Shown here: positions 34,173 to 40,695 of the stretch, piece after piece
Numbering within the stretch: position 1 is the stretch's first letter
How the letters are laid out: the number at the start of each line of letters is the position of its first letter
Origin: Candidatus Uhrbacteria bacterium RIFCSPLOWO2_01_FULL_47_17
GTDB lineage: Bacteria > Patescibacteriota > Patescibacteriia > UBA9934 > GWF2-40-263
Assembly: GCA_001791305.1 (NCBI GenBank)
Contig: MGEI01000004.1
Coordinates: forward strand, 1 to 59,100
Length of the DNA: 59,100 bases
Direction: 5' to 3'
Translations under genes and position numbers: made by a program
The notes under the pieces: model-generated
Seen by the model: only the letters and a program-made list of their open reading frames with translations
What the model was told of the DNA's origin: nothing
Databases searched by the model: none

Positions 34173-34255
34173 GCAAGGGGTGGGGTGTGGATAACCTCGA
34201 AAAGATCTGAGAGGTTGGAGGTTGATGAAAAATTTGTTATTGTGTCGGCAATCTT

Positions 34256-35290
34256 ATGCGAAAAACTGTCGAATCTACGCTTCAAGGACAGCCGGATAAA
34301 GTTTGCGATCAAATTGCGGATGCTCTTGTGGATGAGTACATTCGTCGTGATCCAGAAGCACATGTGGATGTGAATGTTATGGGGTCTCACGGAATGATGA
34401 TGATTGGTGGTGAGGTCACATCAACTGCGGATTTGGATGTTGGAGCGATTGCAAAAAAGGTTTATGCGGATATTGGCTATACAGATGAGATTGAAGTCTT
34501 TGCAAACATCGAAGAACAGTCACCAGAAATAAAACGTGCGTCTCATGGTGCGCAAGATACGGTGATTGTCAATGGATACGCGACGAACGAAACACGCGAA
34601 CGTCTTCCACGCGGACTTGTGTATGCGCATAATATTGCGAGGCGCATTGATGACTTGCGAAAAATGGATCCTGCGTTCTCCTGGCTTCGACCGGATGGAA
34701 AAGTGCAGATCATGACGGAGAAAGACATAGTCGTCGGTGTCACGATTCTTGCATCGCATCATTTGAACATAAAAGATCAGGAAGTTCGAAACGCAATTCT
34801 CGAACGCGTAGTTGTTCCGATTCTTGGAGAGGGAATTCAGATTTTTATTAATCCGATCGGTTCGTTTACCGATGTCTGTTTTCGATCAGACTCGGGTGTG
34901 AGTGGCCATAAAGTTCATGTCGACACATACGGCGGGCTCATTCCACATGGTGATGGAGTGATGATCGGCAAAGATCCGATGCGTGTTGAGCGTGCGGGGG
35001 CGTACATGGCACGTGCGGCGGCGAAGTATCTTGTCGATCAAGATCTCGTTCAGTCGGCGATGGTGCAAGTTGTGTATACGCTTGGCCGCGCGGAACCGAT
35101 TCATCTTCACGTTGTGGGAATGGGTGAAAAATCACGAGGATCAAAAATCGACTTTACGAATCTCATCAAACAACAATTTGATTTTCGACCAGAAGCGATC
35201 GTCGAGCGACTCGCTTTGCGCAAACCGATCTATCAAGCCGCAGCGGTGTATGGAAGTTTTGGAAGAGAAGGATTTCCTTGGGAAGGATAA
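34256..35290 (+). CDS. metK: S-adenosylmethionine synthetase, short divergent form
   Basis: PDK..DQI.D, GYATNET, WLRPDGK, VDTYGG and GKDP..V.R.GAY.AR blocks. 344 aa. Confidence 0.8.
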   Translation: MRKTVESTLQGQPDKVCDQIADALVDEYIRRDPEAHVDVNVMGSHGMMMIGGEVTSTADLDVGAIAKKVYADIGYTDEIEVFANIEEQSPEIKRASHGAQDTVIVNGYATNETRERLPRGLVYAHNIARRIDDLRKMDPAFSWLRPDGKVQIMTEKDIVVGVTILASHHLNIKDQEVRNAILERVVVPILGEGIQIFINPIGSFTDVCFRSDSGVSGHKVHVDTYGGLIPHGDGVMIGKDPMRVERAGAYMARAAAKYLVDQDLVQSAMVQVVYTLGRAEPIHLHVVGMGEKSRGSKIDFTNLIKQQFDFRPEAIVERLALRKPIYQAAAVYGSFGREGFPWEG

Positions 35291-35340
35291 AAATAACCAT
35301 CCGAATTTCGGATGGTTTTTTGTGTTACAATAGAGTCACT

Positions 35341-35808
35341 ATGGCACGGAGGAATCTTACAATTAAAAAATCCTCGGAATCTTTTTTGGTTCCTCTTTTG
35401 TTTGGTCTTATTGTCGCAAGTTTTTTTGTGGTGTTTGCTCGCGCGCCCGAGCGTGTCGTTGCGGCCTCTTCGGATCGAATGGTCAGCGTCGAAGGGGTTT
35501 CGCATGAAGCAACCTCTGTTCAGATTTTGCGACTGACCAATGTTGAGCAATCGATTCCGCTCATGCGAGGACCGGTCTATGAATTTGTTTTGCAAGATGG
35601 AGGAGTCCTCAATCCATCGGTTATTCAATACCGCATCCCAAAGGACTTACGATCCGCTCCTTCGCATCTTTTGACACTCATTGCCTTTGATGCTCGATCT
35701 TTATCTTGGAAACCCATTTCAACAACCATTGATGAAAAAAATGAAGTTGCACAGACAAATGTGCCTATTGAACAGACACTCATGGTCGGTCTGGGGACAA
35801 AATTCTAA
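35341..35808 (+). CDS. hypothetical membrane-anchored/secreted protein
   Basis: N-terminal TM (FLVPLLFGLIVASFFVVFA). No family recognised. Confidence 0.45.
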   Translation: MARRNLTIKKSSESFLVPLLFGLIVASFFVVFARAPERVVAASSDRMVSVEGVSHEATSVQILRLTNVEQSIPLMRGPVYEFVLQDGGVLNPSVIQYRIPKDLRSAPSHLLTLIAFDARSLSWKPISTTIDEKNEVAQTNVPIEQTLMVGLGTKF

Positions 35809-35882
35809 CCTGTTTTGTCTCTTCGAAAAAAGTTTGTTATAATCTTTGTACATTTTAAGTTCTTTCATTAAGGAGGAAACCT

Positions 35883-36323
35883 ATGGCAACCAAAAAAGCC
35901 GTCACAACAAAAAAAACAGTTAAAAAAATGACTGTCGCGTCAGAAAGCGTTGTTCCTGCACTCACATTTGCACCGCTTGTCATCTCTCCAAAAAAGAGTG
36001 CAAAGAAGTCTTCTGCTAAAAAATCTGCAGCAAAAAAGTCATCCAAGAAACCAGAAGTGATTGTTGTAGAAGAAGTGACGCTCGGCGCAAAAGAATCGCT
36101 CAAACTTCCGTATGAAGTTTCAAAGGAATACGTCATTGTGCATCGTTGTACAAATTGTGAGCATGTTCCGTTTTCTATCTCAAAACTCGTTACGCTCTTT
36201 TCTGTTTTGATCATGTTGCTTTCTGTTTCTGTGTTGATCCAAGTTGGAACGATTGATATCTCAAAAATAATTGCTTTTGTGTCGCCGGTTGTGAACGCCG
36301 CTTCCGCATTTGCGAATCGATAA
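35883..36323 (+). CDS. hypothetical Lys-rich protein with CxxC and C-terminal TM
   Basis: AAGGAGG SD. KK-rich N-terminal half. CTNC. Hydrophobic C-terminus. Confidence 0.5.
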   Translation: MATKKAVTTKKTVKKMTVASESVVPALTFAPLVISPKKSAKKSSAKKSAAKKSSKKPEVIVVEEVTLGAKESLKLPYEVSKEYVIVHRCTNCEHVPFSISKLVTLFSVLIMLLSVSVLIQVGTIDISKIIAFVSPVVNAASAFANR

Positions 36324-37015
36324 TGTTTTTTATGAAACGTTTGACTCTCTTTTTGTCTCTCGCCCTTCTCTTGCTCGTTGGATCTGGATGTGTTAAATCA
36401 AAGGATGCATCTTCAGATGTCACCTTTAATTATCCTGATCAAAAACCTGCGGAACAGACCGCGCCGTCATCAGACGCGATACCTCTCCCCCCGCCCTCTC
36501 CTTCGAAAGGAGAGGGGGCCGCGGCAGCAACAACCAAACCTATGACATGGACTTTTCCAGGAAAACTTTCGGATAAAGAGATTGCAAAGAAACAAATTCG
36601 CTTAACAACAGAAAAGGGAGACATTGTGTTTGAACTTTTTGCAGAGACAGCACCTCTTACCGTCTCAAACTTTGTCTATCTCACAAACGGCGGTTACTAC
36701 AATGGCCTCACATTTCATCGCCGTGAAGAAGGATTCGTCATTCAGGGCGGAGATCCAAGTGGAAATGGAACAGGAGGTCCTGGTTACAAGTTTCAAGACG
36801 AACTCGCAGATAAATATACCTACACGCGCGGAATTGTTGCGATGGCAAATGCGGGTCCGGCAACAAACGGCTCTCAATTTTTCATCATGCTCGCGGATGC
36901 ACCGTTGCCAAAAGCGTATAGCATTTTCGGTCGCGTGACTGTTGGAATGGATGTTGTCGATAAAATCAAAATCGGAGACAAGATGGTGAAGGTTACGGTG
37001 GAGGATAAAAAATAA
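36323..37015 (+). CDS. peptidyl-prolyl cis-trans isomerase, cyclophilin type, lipoprotein
   Basis: Lipobox LLVGSGC. NF..L...GYYNGL.FHR...GFVIQGGDP.G.GTGGPGY.F.DE and MAN.GP.TNGSQFFI. Confidence 0.85.
   Translation: MFFMKRLTLFLSLALLLLVGSGCVKSKDASSDVTFNYPDQKPAEQTAPSSDAIPLPPPSPSKGEGAAAATTKPMTWTFPGKLSDKEIAKKQIRLTTEKGDIVFELFAETAPLTVSNFVYLTNGGYYNGLTFHRREEGFVIQGGDPSGNGTGGPGYKFQDELADKYTYTRGIVAMANAGPATNGSQFFIMLADAPLPKAYSIFGRVTVGMDVVDKIKIGDKMVKVTVEDKK
36494..36516 (+). repeat. perfect CCCTCTCC/GGAGAGGG hairpin embedded in frame in the cyclophilin gene
   Basis: CCCTCTCCTT-cga-AAGGAGAGGG. Encodes PSPSKGEG in the linker after the lipobox. Confidence 0.65.
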
Positions 37016-37017
37016 AA

Positions 37018-37091
37018 GGCGGAAAGGGTGGAGAAGGCGAAAAAAACAAGAGACATTGTGCTCTTGTTTTTGTTTTATCACCCTTTCCGCC
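37018..37091. repeat. GGCGGAAAG-type repeat arms flanking the cyclophilin terminator
   Basis: GGCGGAAAGGGTG paired with CACCCTTTCCGCC (13 bp perfect). The right arm continues as CCTTTCCGCC. Confidence 0.65.
37046..37072 (+). terminator. intrinsic terminator nested inside a 13-bp purine-repeat inverted repeat
   Basis: ACAAGAG-8 nt-CTCTTGT followed by a T run. Flanked by GGCGGAAAGGGTG (37018-30) and CACCCTTTCCGCC (37079-91). Confidence 0.65.
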
Positions 37092-37120
37092 CTTTCCGCC
37101 CTCCTGTATGATGACATCAT

Positions 37121-38401
37121 ATGGAGACCACTTTTTTTACCTCAAAAAAATTTATCGTGGTTACGATTATTTGTGTGGTGCTCGTGAGTGTTTTTATTGC
37201 CTCTATTCAAATTGTTCGATCCATCCGTGCGCGCTCGACCGTGGTTGCCGTTGCGCCAACAGCCGAAGTAGTTCCGAAGACAATCGTTCCTGAATCGCCG
37301 CCACTCGCACCGGAACCGCCTCCTATCATCCACATTCCGCTTCCAGAAGAAGCACGTGGGATTTATTGGACGGCGGTGACGGCTGCAACGTCTCGAGGGG
37401 ATGTGCTTATCGATTATATGCAAAAGACAGGGCTTAATACGGTCGTGATCGATCTAAAAATGGACAATGGGCAACTTGCGTTTGTTCCGAATGACGCATC
37501 GCTTTCACCTTATGCCATGAAGAAACCCGCCATTCAGGATCTTGATGCGCTTTTGAAAAAACTCGCGGATGACAACATGTACCGCATCGCGCGCATTGCG
37601 GTGATGCGTGATAGCGCGTTTGCAAGCGTTGTGACATCGTCCGCACTTCGATCCTCCGGCGGAGGATTATGGCGCGACAAAACAGGATCCGCATGGATTG
37701 ATCCAACTTCACCAGAAGCTGTCACATATGCACTTGCGCTTGCACGGGAAGCATACGCACGCGGGTTTGATGAAGTGCAATTTGATTATGTTCGGTTTGC
37801 CTCTGACGGAAGAATCTCGGCGATTGTGTATCCACTTTATAAAACATCCGAGCTCAAGGTAGATGCCATGAAACGATTTTTTGCGGCAGTGGGTGATCCT
37901 CTTCGACAAGAAAAAATTCCCGTCTCGTTTGATTTGTTTGGACTCGTTTGTATGGGAAATGACGGACTTGGAATCGGTCAGCGCCTTTCGGACGTCATGC
38001 CTAGTACGGATTTTGTGTCTCCCATGGTTTATCCCTCCCATTACGCAAACGGCTTTCAAGGATTTCCAAATCCCGCCACACGTCCGTATGAGGTGATTAA
38101 GATTTCGCTTGATCACGCGCTCGAATTGTTGCTTCCACCAAAGATTGAAACCATGTCGATCAAAAACACGGATGGTTCGGAGACAATCTTGAAAAAAACG
38201 ATTCCTCGAACGGCAGAAGAACACGCGGCCACCGCAAAACAATTCCGTCCTTGGATTCAAGATTTTGATATCGGCGCAGTCTACACAGGCGCCATGATCG
38301 AAGCACAAATAAAAGCGGTGCGCGACGCAGGCGGATCCGGGTACCTGATTTGGAACGCACGGAATGTGTACGAGCCAGCGAAGTATGTTGAGACAAAGTG
38401 A
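37121..38401 (+). CDS. DUF4015-type putative glycoside hydrolase, membrane-anchored
   Basis: N-terminal TM. GIYWTA, NTVVIDLK.D.G and FDEVQFDYVRF blocks. Confidence 0.7.
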   Translation: METTFFTSKKFIVVTIICVVLVSVFIASIQIVRSIRARSTVVAVAPTAEVVPKTIVPESPPLAPEPPPIIHIPLPEEARGIYWTAVTAATSRGDVLIDYMQKTGLNTVVIDLKMDNGQLAFVPNDASLSPYAMKKPAIQDLDALLKKLADDNMYRIARIAVMRDSAFASVVTSSALRSSGGGLWRDKTGSAWIDPTSPEAVTYALALAREAYARGFDEVQFDYVRFASDGRISAIVYPLYKTSELKVDAMKRFFAAVGDPLRQEKIPVSFDLFGLVCMGNDGLGIGQRLSDVMPSTDFVSPMVYPSHYANGFQGFPNPATRPYEVIKISLDHALELLLPPKIETMSIKNTDGSETILKKTIPRTAEEHAATAKQFRPWIQDFDIGAVYTGAMIEAQIKAVRDAGGSGYLIWNARNVYEPAKYVETK

Positions 38402-38425
38402 AAGAGTGAAAAAGTGGAAGAGTGA
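38398..38425 (+). repeat. GTGAAAGAG-type purine-rich repeat at the DUF4015 gene stop
   Basis: GTGAAAGAGTGAAAAAGTGGAAGAGTGA. Shares AGTGGAAGAGTGA with 18796-18808. Confidence 0.6.
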
Positions 38426-38525
38426 TTGTGTGGGAAGTTATTTGTTGTGATAGAATAAAATAAAGTGCCGAAAGGATCCGAGAAACTACGTCGTGATTGA
38501 CGAGGTTTCGATCAAGAAAAAGAAT

Positions 38526-38556
38526 CAAAAATCAATCCGATGAACGGATTGATTTT
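38526..38556. terminator. bidirectional intrinsic terminator
   Basis: A5-ATCAATCCG-atgaa-CGGATTGAT-T5. Confidence 0.7.
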
Positions 38557-38583
38557 TCGGTCCCGGAACCATGACTCTCGACA

Positions 38584-38738
38584 TGGTGGACCCGACGGGA
38601 TTCGCACAACAAACGGAGCGAGAGAAAAACAAAATTCGATTTTGGTTTTCCGAGCGAGTTCAGTTGTGTTGCCTGAAAGGCAAAACCCGTAATTGTCGGT
38701 GTCAAATCGACTAAGGTTGCCATTACCTCCACAGGCCC
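38584..38738 (-). tRNA. tRNA-like gene interrupted by a 79-nt insertion in the T-loop; encoded CCA; identity uncertain
   Basis: In the minus sense:
- Acceptor GGGCCUG/CGGGUCC with G3-U70, then U8.
- D arm GAGG-UAAUGGCAA-CCUU.
- Anticodon arm GUCG(A)-UUUGACA-(C)CGAC.
- T stem ACGGG/CCCGU.
- The T-loop reads UUCGAAU only if 38605-38683 is removed.
- ACCA end, followed by a terminator. Confidence 0.5.
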
Positions 38739-38749
38739 ATATTTCCGGG

Positions 38750-38790
38750 AAAAAATAAAAGAACCCCCAGGATAAGCACAGGGAGTTCTT
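38750..38790 (-). terminator. intrinsic terminator-like hairpin 12 nt upstream of the tRNA-like gene
   Basis: Minus sense AAGAACUCCC-12 nt-GGGGGUUCUU followed by a U-rich run. The G-U pair exists only in the minus sense. Confidence 0.5.
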
Positions 38791-38885
38791 TATTGATACC
38801 GACAGGATAGTGAAGTTAATCACCTTAATCGTGTATCTATTACCTCATCAAAAAATATTTTTTTGTCAATAGTCGTTCTGTGGAT

Positions 38886-38911
38886 AAAAAAATCGAGCTT
38901 GATTGCTCGAT
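38886..38911 (-). terminator. intrinsic terminator after the small membrane-protein operon
   Basis: Minus sense AUCGAGC-aaucaa-GCUCGAU followed by U7. Abuts the stop codon at 38911-13. Confidence 0.65.
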
Positions 38912-39078
38912 CAGAGATGCGAACCCCACGAGGGATCGCTTGAGGCATTGGTGAGGTCGGAAGTCGATTTGGAATCGAGAGGCTTTGACGGTTTCTCTTT
39001 GTCGAAGGCGCCTGCGTGCATGAATTGGCAATACCAAAATCCGAAGAGGGTACCGATGACAAATCCAGCAATGAACAT
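38911..39078 (-). CDS. small hypothetical membrane protein (55 aa)
   Basis: AAGGAAG SD before the ATG at 39078. One TM (FIAGFVIGTLFGFWY). Terminator at the stop. Confidence 0.4.
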   Translation of the reverse strand: MFIAGFVIGTLFGFWYCQFMHAGAFDKEKPSKPLDSKSTSDLTNASSDPSWGSHL

Positions 39079-39104
39079 GTGTGCTTCCTTGGTGGTCGTT
39101 TGGT

Positions 39105-39458
39105 TCACAGACTCATGTCAGTGGGGCTATATCCACTCGGTTCCGGATCCGGTTCTTTGTCGCGCATGGCATTGCGTCCACTCAGCAGAAGCGTGATTCC
39201 TTGGATGATTACGATGATTGCGATTTGCGTATACATCCAAAGAGGACTCATGTGCCGATCCGCATTGGCTGCGAGGACAGGAGCAAACGGCACGATGAGA
39301 GAAACAACGAGCCCGATGAGTATGCACCACACGTTGAGAAACGTGCGTGATTCTTTGAATCGCAACAAGTGAATGACACAGCGAATGAACATGAATGGCA
39401 TCACAATTGCCATCAAAAGAACACACAAGCTCATGAACACGGTCACGACCAGTTCCAT
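39105..39458 (-). CDS. hypothetical 3-TM membrane protein
   Basis: 117-aa ORF with three hydrophobic segments. Confidence 0.5.
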   Translation of the reverse strand: MELVVTVFMSLCVLLMAIVMPFMFIRCVIHLLRFKESRTFLNVWCILIGLVVSLIVPFAPVLAANADRHMSPLWMYTQIAIIVIIQGITLLLSGRNAMRDKEPDPEPSGYSPTDMSL

Positions 39459-39567
39459 CGCTTCCCTCGCTATTTTTGAACCTATTCAAACGATATGCCG
39501 CACAGGGGTTTTTGTCAAAGTCGATCATTCCAATAAAAAATCCGAGCCTGTTGCTCGGTAAGGGGTT

Positions 39568-40068
39568 TCACACTGTGTTGTACATCCACCGTCGGAGTCG
39601 ACGGACAAAGCGTTGCCATGGTGTGAACGGCTTCGGCATCTCCCAACCGACAGGAAATGGAGTAAGACACATCGGACGGAAATCAGTCGGTTGCGTGAGC
39701 GCAATACGCTTCCTCTCAGAGGGCTTTTTTTCACCCTGCGTATCAATCGCGACTCCCGTTGAATCTGTCGGGATATTTATGATCGATGTAAATGCGTTTG
39801 TGTGATTTTGCAATTCACGTTTGGCTTCGATGATAGCAAAGACATGCACAGCGAGATCATCAGGCACATCTACTTCGCCCAAAAGGACACATTCTTCGAT
39901 GTTCGACAAAAGATTTGTTGCCGGTTCATCGTAGTTGATGAAGGTTTTGCCTTCATATGTGCTGATTGAGACGCGGGTTCCATCTCGTTCAAGGAGTAAC
40001 TCACGGCGTTTGTAGCGCGGTTCATGGATATCGAACAACACAAAACCTTCGATCACAAGCGCTTTCAT
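39568..40068 (-). CDS. hypothetical protein
   Basis: ATG at 40068 after AAGGAAAAAC. 166 aa. Basic, Trp-rich C-terminus. No family recognised. Confidence 0.45.
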   Translation of the reverse strand: MKALVIEGFVLFDIHEPRYKRRELLLERDGTRVSISTYEGKTFINYDEPATNLLSNIEECVLLGEVDVPDDLAVHVFAIIEAKRELQNHTNAFTSIINIPTDSTGVAIDTQGEKKPSERKRIALTQPTDFRPMCLTPFPVGWEMPKPFTPWQRFVRRLRRWMYNTV

Positions 40069-40136
40069 TTGTTTTTCCTTTGTGAATGTACGGGCATTTA
40101 ATCCGTTTTTTTTGATTCTGTCAATCTTCTCAAAAT

Positions 40137-40162
40137 AAAAAAACCTGATCCATTGGATCAGG
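40137..40162 (-). terminator. intrinsic terminator
   Basis: Minus sense CCUGAUCC-aau-GGAUCAGG followed by U7. Includes the stop codon. Confidence 0.6.
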
Positions 40163-40646
40163 CAAGTCTGAGTTTCTTTGCCTTCTTGTCGCCTGTGCAC
40201 ATGGCGAGTTTTGTCCACGAGGGGCAGCGTTCGTTTGTGCAGAGTTCTTTGTCGGCCGCGACGACCTCGCCGCATTCGCAGGTCCATGTTTTGTGGGGCT
40301 GGAGGTCGTAGATGTCTTTGCGACAAACCCGTTGGCGCGAGTTTCGATGGATCCACCAGAGAATGAGGCCGAACAGCTCTTCGAAGTCTTCCTCCTCTCG
40401 CAAGAAGCGAAGATCGAAGGGGTGTGTGCCCGCAAAGGCTTGATGTGTTCGACCTGAATGAAAGTCGATGTGCTCAATGCGTCTCTGCTGGAGTCCGTGC
40501 AAAATGCCACGGATTCTGTTTTGCAGAGGTTTGGGGAGGTCGCTGTAAGTGAGGACGAGCGATCCTGAGGCGGTGAAATGAACGAAATGGATGTCGTCAA
40601 AATCGATTTGGATCTCGAGTCGTACCGGTCTTACACCATCAGGCAT
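40158..40646 (-). CDS. hypothetical protein with C-terminal Cys cluster
   Basis: GGAGG SD before the ATG at 40646. C-terminus has CxC...C....C....C. G+C-richer than the flanks. Confidence 0.5.
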   Translation of the reverse strand: MPDGVRPVRLEIQIDFDDIHFVHFTASGSLVLTYSDLPKPLQNRIRGILHGLQQRRIEHIDFHSGRTHQAFAGTHPFDLRFLREEEDFEELFGLILWWIHRNSRQRVCRKDIYDLQPHKTWTCECGEVVAADKELCTNERCPSWTKLAMCTGDKKAKKLRLA

Positions 40647-40695
40647 GGAACCTCCACGAAAAGACCATAAGCACAATAACAGAAGTGGAAAAGAA

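Noticed and set aside
34195-34255. A possible SAM riboswitch upstream of metK.
   Set aside because: Only about 60 nt are available after the DnaA box. No four-way-junction or GA-motif sequence typical of SAM-I/II classes was recognisable.
38532-38732. A 66-codon minus-strand ORF (GTG start next to GGAGG) across the tRNA-like locus.
   Set aside because: It runs through the cloverleaf and ends inside the terminator hairpin. The GGAGG is only 2 nt from the ATG. The RNA interpretation explains the sequence much better.
38584-38790. A tmRNA (ssrA) hypothesis for the tRNA-like locus, based on G3-U70, the encoded ACCA and the downstream terminator.
   Set aside because: The unit is only about 155 nt. 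It has no resume-codon/tag ORF ending in a stop with a hydrophobic tail, no pseudoknot-sized domains, and a regular D arm and anticodon arm, which tmRNA lacks.
5521-38887. Could the perfect DnaA boxes mark the replication origin?
   Set aside because: The four boxes are 9-20 kb apart. There is no cluster, no adjacent AT-rich unwinding element, and no dnaA, dnaN or gyrB in the window.
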